A stretch of 64,000 bases of DNA, taken from positions 744,001 through 808,000 of the forward strand of contig LSRY02000019.1 of assembly GCA_001643675.2 (NCBI GenBank), given 5' to 3'. Source of the stretch: Monocercomonoides exilis PA203. Lineage: Eukaryota > Protista > Preaxostyla. A model generated the notes under the pieces. That model had not been told where the DNA came from. It saw only the letters and a list, made by a program, of their open reading frames with translations, and searched no databases. Position numbers and translations under genes: made by a program. Numbering within the stretch: the first letter of the stretch is position 1; each line of letters starts with the position of its first letter. Positions 40,635 to 54,379 of this stretch are shown here, one piece after another.

Positions 40635-43600
40635 ATGACATATCCCAATGGCTTGGAAAAAATCATTGGTGATGAACCTACATATGTTTCACTTGTTCAC
40701 TATGAAGGCTTAAAGGGATATTTTTGTCTAACAAAAACTGCTATTTCAACTGTATCTTTGGATATAAATCCAATCGTGATAAATGTTTCCTTTTTTGTTA
40801 TATTTAATGCTTTGCGTATAAAGTGAATAATAATTTTTTGATTTAGATTCCATATGAAATGATTCGAGGGATTGTTTTGGATTCTTCTGATCCAAAATTA
40901 TTCAAAATAAAGAGAATTGGAAGCCCATCCGTATTTTTCTCATCGCACGCACGAGAAGGAATAATAGCAGAACTTGAAATACGGTGGAAAACCGAAAGAA
41001 TGACAACTCTAAGAAGAACTGTTCCCATCAACATAAGGACAAAAGCATTAAAAAACGATAAAAAAATTGTCAGCCCTGCTCCTTTGCCTGTTATACCACG
41101 AGGGTTTATTTTTGTTATTTCTTTCTTTTCTTTCAATTTGACTTTCAAATTAATTTAGAGTAAATAAACTTACACTTGCTGGATTTTCATTTTATGTTCC
41201 TGTTGAATTTGTTCCTCAATTCCTTGTGTTAAATTCTGCTCCTGCTCTCGTTTGTAATCTCTTTTTTTTTCCAATATTTTTTATAATTTTTAATAACATG
41301 TATTTATTTTTTTGAAAAGATGATCCCATACGGAGTCGGAATTGGAATTTCAAGTGCAAACATTTCACCATATTTAGCAATTCGCTCACTTCACCCAACT
41401 GAAAAGCAGGAAGCCTCAAACATTCAAGGACCCATGCAAGCAAATTCGCAATTCCCTGCATCTAATTTGCCAGCAAACAGCTCTGGAATAACAGGAGTGG
41501 CTGTTGTCAGTGATGATGCCCGTCCATCGCGCTATTCAAAGCCAAGGACTAGCTGGAATTCCTCAAGCCAGTGTGCCGGCATTGTGCTGAAAGCACCTTC
41601 TGCACAAGTCGATGCAAGTGGGGCGATGTATTCTGGCGGGAGGGCAGCTTTCAGCGGAGTGACACTCGAAATTTGGGTGCATCCACCACAACACTGCACA
41701 AACATGCTTCCAGCATCGAGGCTGCGGTCTGCAGTGGAGTCGCACCTGATCGATTTGTCTGCGAAAATGAATACAGAAGGGTCGATTGTGTTCACGCACG
41801 ACTACAGAAAGAAGCAGAATCTGCAGGGAGATCCATCATCATGGGCTATTTGGGAGGTTAGTAATTTTTTTCTGTGTTCTTATAACTCAATCATACTTAT
41901 ATGATGTTTATGTTGCATATGTATATTTTTAATCTGAAACAATCATTTCATACCAACTTCTTTGTTGTTTTCTTCAAACATAATTTTATTACAGTGTCAC
42001 ATGGCTACAGACGATCGTGATGTTGGGATTGTCTATTGCCGGCGCTCATTTTTCCCTCCATATGGAAATGTGTGTCAGGACTTTGTGATTCTTTCATATG
42101 GAGAAGAAGGAAAGAGAATGGTGATCAATCCAACCATTGCTGCTTCTGCACAAGCTGTTTGCATCTTTTCTAATGAACTTTTATAAAAATACTTATTTAT
42201 AACTTTTGCTTGTTTCATATTCCCTCTAATCTGCCTTTGCCTTTTCAATTCTATAAAATGTATCCTTCGCAGGATTATTCCAACTCTCTTTATTCTTCCA
42301 GCCCTTCTTCTTCATATGCTGCGCCTGCCCCAACGCCCATGATCCGCACAGCCTCTGCCTTTGGCTCTTCCTCTCCTGCACCTCTCCCATGGGGCACTCC
42401 AATGACACCTGGCTTGGGAATGGGGGCACCAGACATGCCTATTCAGATGCAGCCCTTTTTGAAGGTGTCTGAGCAGATTGTCGATACTGTCTCTCCAATG
42501 CGACAGAGCGGATTTTTCTACGACGAGCTGTTTGTGCACTCGAGAATTGATTGGCTTCCGCTGCAGCCGTCTGGCTTCTTCTGGTTCGAAACAGCGCTTT
42601 CAATCACACCTTCTGCAAAGGACCCTGTTAAGCATTTTCTGAGAACGTATGCAAAAATGATGATTATGCTTATGATTATTATGTAATATCTGTTATTTTA
42701 TTCTATTTCTATGAATGTGCTATATTCTTCATACTTTTTATTTTTAAGTATGCGCAATGAGCTCTATCATTACAAACAAGATGCCCATGCCATTGCTCAA
42801 AAGAGCGCCTTCCTCTCTCCACAATTTGTCCGCCCCGATCGCACCACTCCACTCGAGACGCTTCTTGAAAGAGTTCCTGAAAGTTCCTTTTCTTTTTCTG
42901 AATCGAGCGGAAAAGGCCCCGTTCCTTCTGCCCCTCTTCTGAATGCCATGGGCACTGACCCATCTTCCTCAAAGGCAGCAACAGCATCTGCACTCTCTCA
43001 GCAGGCAACTACTCCGTTTCCTTTCCCACCCTTTTCGCACTTAAAGTCTCCATTCGACTGCCTTTCCTTCCTCAAATCTGTCCCAGGTGGCCCACGTGGT
43101 GCTCTCTTCTCTTCTCCAATTGCGACGTCTGTTGTGCCAGCATTCCCAACAGCAAACGAAAAGAGCTCATCGTCTTTTGGCAGGCGAGATGGATCAGACA
43201 GAAATGCTGCTGGGAAAGGAGAGCCTGTTGTGCCTGAGCCATCGCCGTGGGTGGAAGGACTGAAAAATGGAATGTTCGAAGAAGAGATCGAATTCTGTGT
43301 TGGACTCAGCGCACAGGAGAAGGAGAATTTGTGGATGGACAGAGTGGCAAAGTATGCAACATATTTGATGGAACAGGGTTTGAACAATATTTATTTTTAA
43401 TTAATTAAATTGATATGATCTTGCTAATATTTTTTAACATTTTTGTACACGTGATGTTATTTATTATCATCCATTAACTAACAATTGTCTATCTATTTGC
43501 TGCATTTAGATCATTCTGGTCTTTCTCTTCTCGATCTCGCTGAGATTGCGCTGTCCACATCACCATTCACGCTTGTCCCACAAACAGCGACTGTCTCTCA

Positions 43601-46119
43601 ATTCTCTGAGTATTCCTATGCAGCATCGATGGCAGCAGCAGCAGCTGAGCCGTCTTCTTCGTCGACGGTCACCAACTCCTTCTACAACTCCACCGGAATG
43701 CTCAACTTTCCCCCCATTCCAGACGAGAAGTACAAAGCACAGGGAGCCAAATCAGCACATCGCCTGCTCCACTTTCTGATGCACCTCCGCCGTGCTGACC
43801 TGCCATTCGACATCGATGCCCCAATCACTTCTTTCCTGGCAACAGACGTGGCACCCGAAAAGTGCTTGATAAACGAAGACGCTGTACTGCCACTACTGCA
43901 GATGGGATACATCCAGCAGATCCTGTCTCCAGTGGACTTTGGCTCTGCAATGCCTCCGCCTCCACCTGAAAAGCCGACTTCTGCGTCTGCTTCAGCAACG
44001 TCTCCTGCTGCTGGACAAAATGCAACACAAAGTTCTGCTGCTTCTTCTTCTTCTGCTTCTGCAGCTGCTTCATCAGCTGCTTCATCAGCTTCTGCTTCTT
44101 CTTCAGCGGCTGCTTCATCAACTGCTGTGCCTGCTGTGCATCGTGCATATATCATCTTCCTGATCTTCCTCGCAAAGAGAGCGTTGGCTGTTGTCAGGCA
44201 GAAGACAAGAGAAGCCACTCAGCAAATGATAAGTGCTCTTCAAAAGGGAGACAACAAATCGAATGATCCATCCTCTTCAATCACTTCTGGTTCATCTATC
44301 GCCCCTTCTTATTCTTCACATCACTCTCGTGCTCCTTCTACTGCTTCTTTTGCTTCTTCATCTTCTTCTGCATCAGCCACGCCATCTCCTGTCATTAACA
44401 CACCGTTGCTTTTCTTTGTTGCTGAGCAGCTGGCGAAGATCTCACTGAATCCAGTCAACAGGCAGATGGTGATTGATGAAGGAGGGTTGGATGTGATGGT
44501 GTCTATTGTCACTGCAGGCCTTGCTGAGACAGCTGAAGAAGAGGAGCTCATACACGGCAGAGGAGATGGCACACTGAGACAGTCACGAAGACACGGAGGG
44601 GGAGGAGAAGGAGCAGAATCAGCGATGAGGAGGCATATGGCAGGCGCTGCTGGTGGTGGATTTGGATCGAAAGGAACAGAAATGAGGACAGACGGAGCTA
44701 TCAACGACAGAATGATGATGATGATGATGAACTTTGATTTGGGAAGCGAAGGAGGAGGAGGAAGTGGAAGTGGAAGTGGTGCTGCCACACCGCTGACAAA
44801 CAGGGCTGAATCTTCTTCCAAAGGCACTCCAGCAAGTTCATCCTCGTCATCACGTTCTCTTCTACCGAAATCTTCTTCTTTGTCTGATGGCTCTTCAGCT
44901 TCATCGAGCTCATCTTCTTCTTTTGCATCTGACGAGCCGCAGCTGACAGTTGTGCAGCCACCACCAGGAACGCCACTTCTGCATCTGATTGACGACACGA
45001 TTGCATACTCTTTCCTGAGAGCACTGACAAACCTCACGCACGACTATGCAAAGGCCAAAGAGGTGTTGGTACAGCCGAGGTTTGTGCGGACGCTGTCGTC
45101 GCTGCTTGTGGGAAGGAGTGAGATGATAATTGTGGGTGTGGCACAGCTGCTGAAGAACTGTGCAGACACCACAGAGAGGAGACTCAGCATAGCAATGATC
45201 ACACAAAAGGAGGAAGAGGAGGCAGGAGAAGGCGGGATGGGGATGATGATGGGGGCTGAGATGGGGATGGGGATGGGGATGGGTGGAGGGGCATCAAATG
45301 CTGCGAAGGCGAATGAATGGGGAGACGATGAAGGAATGACAATACACCGCATTTTGCACCAGTTGAGATGTGAAGTGGTGAGAGGGCAGCCTCAGTCCAT
45401 TCCAATCCTCACAATGTGCTCGTCTCTTCTGTGGTCGCTCTGTGCTGAGGAAGAGGTGCGGCAGATGGCTATTGCAGAGGGAGTGTTCCAGAAGATTGCT
45501 CAGATTGTGAATAATTACAGCGATCAAGTGGATGTTGTTGAGAAGGTTTGCCACAAAATCAACTATTTTACCAAAGTTGTAATTTATCTTCTTTATAATC
45601 TGTTTATCAATATTTTTTTTTTTTTACTTTTTTCCCTCAACTCATTTCCTCAACAGATTTCTGGGGCTTTGCTGCTTCTTCTGAACGAAGACACGAAACA
45701 TGCTGTGCAAATAGGCATCATTCGTGTTCTCTGCACATCTCTGTCAGTTACAAAAGCAGAACTTGATGCAGATCCAGATCCAAAGGAGACGAGAAAAAAG
45801 AGATTTTATAGAGTCGTGTGCTCTTGCTTATACAAGGTGTGCTTATCTTTTTTTCAAAGATAAAGAATCATTTTTTTCAACTTTAACTTTTCTGATATGA
45901 AAAATTAATTCTTTTGAAAAACGATTAACATATTTTTCTTTAAATGATGCTTGACTTGCTTGATGTCAGATGCTTGATGCTCCTCGTGCAATGGACGATA
46001 TGAAAATGTACGAGAATTTGCAACAACTTGTTGCTGCGCTTAACTTTCTTCGAACAAAAGGAGGTGCTCAAATGAAAGATATGGCAAACCAATTCAAAAT
46101 GAAACTTGGAGTTCATTGA
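40635..46119 (+). CDS. Armadillo/HEAT-repeat-containing protein, about 10 exons, possible N-terminal PH-like domain
   Basis: GT-AG introns join exons at about 40635-40784, 40847-41103, 41158-41248, 41320-41856, 41995-42156, 42272-42646, 42749-43377, 43510-45545, 45657-45836 and 45970-46119. ARM-like segments include NRQMVIDEGGLDVMVSIV, LRALTNLT and SLLWSLCAEEEVRQMAIAEGV. Confidence 0.7.
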
Positions 46120-46551
46120 AAACAATTTTTAAAAGATTTTCTTGAAGATAAAACAATCATTTCTTTTTTCTCTAATACCTTCATATAGGATCTTTTATTT
46201 TTATTTTTTATTTTTTTTATTTTTTTTTATTTTTTTTATTTTTTTTGATATTAAATTTTAACAACAAAATATGATATTTCTCGTGGATTTTAAAATTAAA
46301 AAGTGTGTTGTAAGCACATATTTGCAATTTATAAGTGCATGCGAATTTTTTGATAAACAAGAATTGGGGCAAAATTTTTTCTTTTTTGAAAAAAACAACG
46401 ATTTGTTCCAAACTTTTTCCACAACCTTATCATGAGAAATCTTTCATTCTCATGATAAGAAAAATACAGAAAAATTCTAAAACCGAGAAAAATATTTGTT
46501 TGAGAAGAATGGAACAAAATTCTAAAAGCAAAAAATTTCGTCCCAATTAAA

Positions 46552-47182
46552 ATGAGATTCCCATCACAAATTATGTTAAGTCGACTGAAAAAAGAACTTC
46601 AAATAGTCGGAGCCCATCCTCCTCCTGGATGTGCAGCATGGGCAGCTGATGATAAATTATTAGAAGTTCACGGATTTGTTGAGGTTGTTTTGCAGTCACA
46701 ATGCTCATTTTTTAGAGATTAATTTTTTGAAGGGTCCAGAAGGAAGTCCATACGAGGGAGGAAGATTTCAAATCAATATGAAATTTCCAGAAACTTATCC
46801 ATTTTCACCTCCAGTTGTACGGTTTTTAACTCCGATATATCATCCAAATATTGATGCAAGTGGGAATATCTGCTTGGACATCCTTTCAACTTCTCCAAAA
46901 GGAACGTGGACACCTTGCCAAAACATAAGCACTATATTGTTATCGTTACGATCATTGATGGCAACCCCAAATGCAGAAGATCCTCTGATGCCAGAGATTG
47001 TTTGAATTAAAAAAAGAATTTACAACAAAAAATTAGAGATATTTGATATTTTTACTTCAAATTTATTTTTTGCCTGTGAAATATTCTTGCAATAGGCAAT
47101 GCAAATGAAGGAGAATTTTGAATTGTATAAGAAAGCAGCATCGGATCATACACAAAAGTTTTCGAAAAGGAGTAATATTTGA
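46552..47182 (+). CDS. UBE2T: Ubiquitin-conjugating enzyme E2, UBE2T-like, 3 exons
   Basis: Exons 46552-46683, 46733-46999 and 47096-47182. Motifs SRLKKEL...PPPG and RFLTPIYHPNIDASGNICLDIL; the PKGxW insertion and DPLMPEI are typical of UBE2T. Confidence 0.85.
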
Positions 47183-47509
47183 GAAAACATGGTTATGGAA
47201 AATTTCGTGTGAATTATTTTCAATATTTTTTTTTCCTTTCAATTTGTTAAAGAAGAGGAAATTTCTATTTCATCATATTGATTCATTGGCTAGCAAAAAT
47301 AAGCAAGACATTTCACCCAATAATTTTGAGGATAATCAAAAAGAAAGAGAAGAACAGAGGGGAGAGATGAACCATATTTGATTTGTAGAATTTTACGATT
47401 TCGAAAAGCATTTTAACTATGTTATTCTCCTATTCATTCCAGTTGCCAACTCATAAGAACTATTTTTGAATGATATTTACCAATTTTTAATATTCACCAT
47501 CAATATTTT

Positions 47510-47597
47510 TTTTCTTTTCTTTTCTTTTCTTTTCTTTTCTTTTCTTTTCTTTTCTTTTCTTTTCTTTTCTTTTCTTTTCTTTTCTTTTCTTTTCTTT

Positions 47598-47641
<44 letters not shown>

Positions 47642-47645
47642 TTTT
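47510..47645. repeat. Compound (TTTTC)n/(TTTC)n microsatellite
   Basis: Seen directly; it accounts for the KRKEK/FSFLF ORFs. Confidence 0.95.
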
Positions 47646-48222
47646 GATGATGATGATGATTGAAACAAACACTTCCACATTTCTTTTGATTCGAAGAACA
47701 TTTTTTTGATTTTTTATTTCCTAACACACCAAAAATAATTCTATTTCGAAAATCCTCAATTCAATTTCGAAATTGAAAAATTTTTCATACAAAACATGAA
47801 TGACATGTGCAATTCGATTGAAAATCTCATTATTTTTGTCTTTTCAGAAAACTTCTTCTTTCATTAATTCCAAATTGATAGGTTCAGTTATTTATAGGTA
47901 CCTTTTTTTTTAACGGTGCATAAATTTTTATATAGAAAATTGAAATTCCCACTTTTTATATAATTGTAAACATTATCAGTATATAAGCAAACCCTGAAAA
48001 TTGGGATAATTACATTTGAATACGAAGCCTATTTCCAATGTGGGGGAGATGGGGGGGTTAATCCCTTCCATCGAAAATAATAAATAAATATGTGGGAAAC
48101 AAGGGGTGTTAAACCATTTAACTTCGTTTTGAATGTGAATTAAAATTTAATTTCAACGAAAATAGAAAATTTAAATTAATAAGGTAATAAATTGGATTTA
48201 AGATCATAACCATAATAAAAAA

Positions 48223-48560
48223 ATGAAAATCGCTGTGGAACAAAAGAGAATTGCTGGACAAAGGAAATTTCGTGCTGCAATGAAATTTTTCGATGATAAA
48301 AGGATAGACAATCGGCTGGAATGGATGGCGAGCATTGTGGTTGATGGAGTTGTCAGGATTACAGACGCTATAAACTTTATGGAGTTTACACTCAAAAGGG
48401 TTAAAAATGATGTTCGGGCGCAGAGAAGCAAAAGGCTGGTCTCAAAAGTTGGAAGACCGTAATTTGTGATATGAGACAAAGAACAAATTGTACTGGAAGA
48501 AATTATCATTGAATCGAGATCTGGAAGCTGTTTTCCTTACCTGAAAGTTGTGAACTGGTT
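48223..48560 (+). pseudogene. Possible N-terminal HTH remnant of a pogo/Tc1-like transposase
   Basis: A helical basic segment ends in GRP and continues across stops as *FVI*DKEQIVLEEII, like the GRP-linker/HTH junction of Tc1/pogo transposases. The resemblance is weak. Confidence 0.3.
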
Positions 48561-48804
48561 TGTTCCTCTTTTACAATCAGAAATTCACAAAAACAAATAT
48601 AAAGGAAAAATTTATGAAACGTTTCAAATGACAAAAACTCGCTTTATGAAAATGTTTCAATAACCACAGCCTAATACTTTGTGAAGTGCTATCCAAAGTT
48701 GAAAAGAAGCACTCTCAAAAAATTTGGATGATTATAACCTTTCGGTGTCGGGCCAAAGTATTCTGCAGCCCTAGTATTCATTGCTCGACGATTCACATGA
48801 ATAT

Positions 48805-49052
48805 ATATGTCTAAATTTTTATGAAAAGTTCCTTTTGTTTAATTTTCAAATTGAATAAAAATTTCATTTTTCGATCAAATTTTTGTTTCCACTCACAAAA
48901 TTTTGCTGCCATTGAAACAAGTCCTTGGCAACGTTGTTTTATCCGTTAAGTTGTGATTTCGTGAGTGAAAACAGAAATTTGATCGAAATATGAAATTTTT
49001 ATTCTGTTTGAAAATTATACAGAAGGATCTTTTCAAAAAAATTTAGACATAT
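48805..49052. repeat. Inverted repeat (foldback or MITE-like element) with arms of about 97 bp
   Basis: ATATGTCTAAATTTTT...CACTCACAAAAT (48805 to about 48901) pairs with about 48956-49052, with scattered mismatches and a spacer of about 55 bp. Confidence 0.85.
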
Positions 49053-49699
49053 GGGACGAAATACGAAAAATCAAAATTTTTATGCCCTTGTTTTTTATCA
49101 CCAAAAAATTAAATTTAGTTGTGGGAAATAGTTATTGTTATTCTTGTGATGAAAAAATTCTTCATCATAAATATATTAATGATAATAATGTTTGATTTTT
49201 TTATTCTTCCATACAAAAAACAAATAATTCTCAATACAAACTTTAACATTCCGAAAAATTTTTAAAAGTTATAAATAATAGTACTTTGATGTTCAAAAAA
49301 GGTGAAAATGATTAAAAAGAATGTGAAAAATGTTTGAAACGTTTCCACAATTGGAACTAATTCATAATATTTCAAAACAAAAATAGCTGTTCTTTTCAAA
49401 AAAATTAGATGTATAATAACTTCATCCTGGGAGTCAAAATTCCGGGAATCCCAACCCCTTAATGTTTTATGAACATTTTTTTTGGAACCGACTAGACTGC
49501 AAAGAGCTAAGCAATGAAGTCAAGAAAATCAAAAAAAAAAAAAAAATAAGAAAATAATAACAACAAAAATCATTAAATGCAAAAGAACTTTAAATCTTTG
49601 TAATAAAAAAATAGTCGTGAGATTTAAAAATGAATTAACAATAGTGGAAACAGTTCAAAAATAATAAACACAATATTCCAACAAATTTGAACAACAAAA

Positions 49700-52600
49700 G
49701 TCTCAACAAAGATTAACAACATTTTCGTTTGTTTGAGTGATTATCCATTTCTGAATTGGAAGATTTATTTTGTTAGATTTTAATATTTCTTTTGTTTCAA
49801 TAATCATCAAATCCTCATCGATATTAGAAGAATTCCTTCGTGAGCGGTGAATAATGTGTGTATCATTTTTGTAACGTGCTTTTCCGGTCTCTTTTTTCTT
49901 TTCAAATTGAATGCCTTGATTTGGGCTTGAACAATAATTTGATGCAGTTTTCTTTGGAAGTGAAACGGCTGCTGATTTTTCAATTGTCATTCTTTGATTA
50001 ATTTGAGATAATGTTCTGTCATTAATGGGCATGCTGTTAGAATGATCTGCATTTGTTCGTTAAAACTTCTTTCTTTCTCCTACTATTCTTTCTTTACCAC
50101 TTTTGTAATCATTGATGATTTTCCATTTGTCTTCCAACAATTGCGAATGAGATGCTGTGAAAATATGACCGTTTTGTCTTTTGAAAAACAAGTATATCAT
50201 CATAGATGGAATTTTCAGCCAACTCCAAGTTTTTTCAGTTGACGGAGTGTATCTGAAGCCAAAATCAATAAATATAAAACTTCAACGTTAAATAATGAAA
50301 AAAAGTGAAGCACACAAGTGAAACTGTCTATTCATTTTCTCGTTAATGGTGCTTTTGTTCGAAGAATCAAAAATTTGTTTCAAAAAGGCACAAAATGATG
50401 AAGCATTACTTCCAGTTTCCAAGCATGTTGTTGATAATTTGGAAGAATCTGATCCAAACTCTCCATCGCATTCCGGATTTCCATGTTGCTCCGAGAAATA
50501 ATTTACAAATATCGATGTAAATTGCTGTAGATTTTAACTGTCACTTAGAAAATTACTTAAAAAAATATTTATTCCTGAAATGAGGACCAGAGTCTGAAAA
50601 AACTGTCAGAGTTGATTGAAGTGGGTGTGATTCTGATATATGTTTTTCGATAACAACGTGCAAGCATTCAATGACGTTTCTGAAATCATGAGTTAAACAG
50701 TCCGAAATGAAGTGATGACATGTTTTGTGAAGTGAATTATTTTGTTTTGTGTATGAAATAATGCACAGGTCTGACACTTGTTTTTTTGTGTAAAAATCTT
50801 TACTGACTTCTCTTCTTGAAAGCGGAAGCTGCCAATTCTCTTTGAAGTCTAGCAGCAAAAGAAGATCTCCGTTTTTCAGTTTGCTCCTTGAGTCAGCAAA
50901 TGATTGTTTTTGGCATTCTGCCCATTTTTTATGTTCGGTAATAGATTGCAGCTCTTCTATTTCCTGATCACTGAGTTGCCTATTTTGTGATATTTTCAGA
51001 AAATATCTAGCTCTTTCACAAATGGAGCACAAGTCAGTTCTGTTTCTAGGTTTTGAAATGATCCCTTGTGTTTTCTTGCAGAAATATGAGTATGACATTT
51101 TGATTCCTGTTTTTTGTACCAATTCACTGTGATGTTGTTTTTTCGTTTTATAAGTTATTCTGTTCACTCCTCCACAAAACAAAGAATCATTTTTATCGTT
51201 TTCAGGTTCATTGTTAGAAATATTTGTATCATTGCTGAAGTGATCAAAAGAAGAATCGAGATAACCAAATTGTCTTTGAGTTTCCATTAGAATAAATGAA
51301 CTTTTAACATAACATAGAAAACTTGTTTTCCATCCGTTTAAGCACAACCCTTCATATTTGCTTTTTATTTCAAGATCATTAACCACTTCCACATTTTCAT
51401 CGTTGCATATTTTCCAACGGAAATTGTATTAGTTGCTGTTTTCGATTTGATCAATATCTGATAATGTCATACAGATGTAATGATGGGATGTTGGATTGAA
51501 CAAAATTATGGAAAGAAGATTGTATTTCTCTTTCTGAGTTGAATCTTAATCAGTGTGTTGCACGTTTTTTGAAACTTCAATCATCCATAATGATCTTTTC
51601 AATCCAGCGGCTTTATCATTTTGTTCATTTGTTGAAATAAAAATATTCTTGCATCGAAATAACAAGAAATCTGAGTTGTTTGCATATTGAGTTTGCTGAA
51701 TCACTCCACCTATCGATCTGCACAATGGACAGCTCAATTCTTCGTTCTTTCTCTGAGAGTGAAGGATTTGAAACTCATATAATGACTGTTCAATTGAATG
51801 ACCTTGCAGAACGATTATATCAACTTTTTGTGGCATTTCAAAAGATGCATATCCACACATTTCGCAAATGATATTATCTGTTGAATGAAAACCCAAATTG
51901 TTCATGGCTGCAGGAGATTGTTTACGTATTATTTTCAGTGACCATTCTATTGCATCATCCGATTCGTGCTCTTCCATTTTTAAAATATCATTTTCATTGT
52001 TCCATTTTTCATAGAACTTTTCGTTCCAGAAAGATTCAATATTATCCTGTTGATCATTGATCGATTTGTAAATATTGATGACTGTTGAAAACAGAATATT
52101 TTTCTTTTCCTTCTGATATTCCCACGAATGAAATATGCTCATTGATGTAAACATTTGCATTACTACAGCTAAGCAACAGCTGTTTTCTAAAATTTTCAAG
52201 CCAACTGGTTTCGATGGTGAACAAGGATCTAATACAGGAGTTTTTTGTGCATTTGCAATCAATTGTGGAACGTGTGGAACAGATAACTGAGTTGATTCAT
52301 CGAGATTTTGACAGTCTTCGTTGGAATATTCATTTTGTTGATCATCAGCACATGAAGAAAGACAATTTTCACTCAAAATGCCCCAACGATCATCATTGTC
52401 AAGATCTTTTTTTTGAAAGATAAAAAACAAAATAAATAACCGAAAATAAAAAAATTATAGACCTTCAGAGTAATGGAGACTTTTTCTGACTTGATTATTT
52501 CTTTTTTTGAGCTCTGAGGATTCATCTGTGTTTTCAAACAAAAACCTATTCACTTTTGCAAGTGATTGATCATCGAGATAACGCCTTTTTTTGCATCTTC

Positions 52601-52860
52601 TATCTTCACTATCACTCTCCTCATCCAAATAATGAAGGAGTGATCCATATTTCGCGTAATTGAATTGTCACTGTGAAATATCAAAATGGTAATCTCTCAA
52701 TGGAGAAAAAGAACAGTAAGTGCTCAGATTTTTATGTAATTTGACTTTTATATTATTCTGAAGCTTTGGAAATATTGAACTCAAAGAATTCATCACTCCA
52801 TCAAATTGATCTTGAAAATAGCACATGCATAAATAAAAAAAGGTTGAACAATAAGATTTC
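49700..52860 (-). mobile_element. Decayed Sola-like (DDD) DNA transposon gene with an embedded ubiquitin-specific protease (USP/C19) domain
   Basis: Transposase motifs: TDLCSICE...HKKWA, LLLDFKEN, FISDCLTHD, VFSDSGPHFRN and, after a frameshift, NYFSEQHGNPECDGEFG. USP motifs in the same frame: PVGLKILENSCC, DDAIEW, two CxxC, YNLLSII...HHYI and WKICNDENV. In-frame TAA stops and an intron at 52462-52406 are present. Confidence 0.72.
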
Positions 52861-53199
52861 AATTATTTTTGGAACGTTCCATACACCATTTGATTTTTTT
52901 ATACAACGAGTCTTTGATTTCCTTCATTTTTCGAAATGAAAAAAAGAAATACTCAAATAACTTGAAAGTGTAATCTCCAGAAATTGAGGAGGCATATTCC
53001 CACAGCTTTCTGGACCACTTGCTCAGAGTGTATTGTTTTGGTTGCATTTGTATGTTTTCTGTCTTTGATGTTGAAAATATCTTTCACAGAAAGATCGATC
53101 CCCTTATAAGCTTTACGAATGACATTCAATTGAAATAAGAAAAGAAAAAACAAATACTTTTTTAATCTCATTCGAAACAACTGATTCAAGAAGAACCAG

Positions 53200-54300
53200 T
53201 TAATGTTTCACATTTTGAAAATAAAAAATTGATTATACTCATTAAAAAGTTTCTGATGTTCAATTCGTTCAGGAATTCACATGTTCACATTGTCTATTTT
53301 TTTGTTCAAATCTGGTTGACTGCTTGAATATTCCCATCTTCTCTCGCTTGCTGCATGCCTCCGTTTGCTCCTGGTTCTTTTTCTGTTCAACGTTGAGATT
53401 CTCGTCTTTTACAGCTAGAACACCTTTCATTTGCTCATTGATCACTTCTCCATCAAGTGTGATTCCTGCAATCTCCAGCACAGCAATCCTCTTGATCAGA
53501 TCTTTTTTCGGATGCTGCTTTCCATTTTGCTCTTTTTCCATTTCTTGTGGAATCTCTATTTCTGGATCACTTCTCTTTTTCGTTTTGGTCTTATTTAATT
53601 TCTTTCTCGATTTTGATTTATTTATTTACTTTGTATTCCAAAACTTCATTGTTCTCTTTTTCCTTTTCTTCTTTTCTGTTTTCTCTTTCAGTCTCATCTG
53701 TATTTTTTAAATGGTATTTCTTTTTTTTCTTTGACTTCAATTATTTTGGATTTTTCTTTGCATTATTCATTGACTTCAAAACAATTATCCTCATATGTTT
53801 TCTTTTGTTGAGAATTCTTTTTTTCCAGTTGAACTCATTTTTTCTTCTCTCTTTCTGTCCATCAGAATTATCACTGCTTTTGCTAATATCATTTTCACAA
53901 ACAACTTCAATTCTTTTCTCAATGGGAAACTCTTCTTCTTGTTCTTCTTCTTTCAGTTTGGCTTTTGTTTCCTGTTGATGTTTACAAAAGATGCGTCAAT
54001 TTCTGCTGTATTTCAGATCTCTTCATCTTCACAACTTTTGCAACTTGTGAATGTATTTTCTTTTGCATATGTTGAAGCATTTTCTTTCCTTCTTTTCTTC
54101 TTCCTGTATTCTTTGTAATGATGTCTACTGAACACTTCAACTTCTTCATTTTCTTCACTGGAGCAGTACGTTAATTCCACACTCGATTCATACAGACATG
54201 ATTAGCAAAGAGAAGAAAATAGAAGAAGATAATAAGTCATCATCAACATCTGTGCCTGCAATTGACCCTTCGGATGTGTCAGTGGTGGTGGATTCATGCA
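53200..54300 (-). pseudogene. Decayed Lys/Glu-rich coding sequence, possibly the 5' part of the transposon gene
   Basis: Purine-rich, coding-like minus strand broken by stops and frameshifts. Confidence 0.35.
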
Positions 54301-54379
54301 CGTCGGTAGCAGCGATAAACAACATAGAAAGACTGATGCGGATTGTTGTATGTGAAGCATCTTAAATGTGTGAAAATCA

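Noticed and set aside
47466-47727. KRKEK and FSFLF repeat ORFs
   Set aside because: They are translations of a microsatellite.
50500-51550. TAA read as Gln (as in Streblomastix) to explain in-frame stops in the transposase
   Set aside because: Intact genes here end in TAA (MROH1, NTF2, PNO1, PGM), and the element also has a frameshift and a TGA stop, so simple decay explains the stops.
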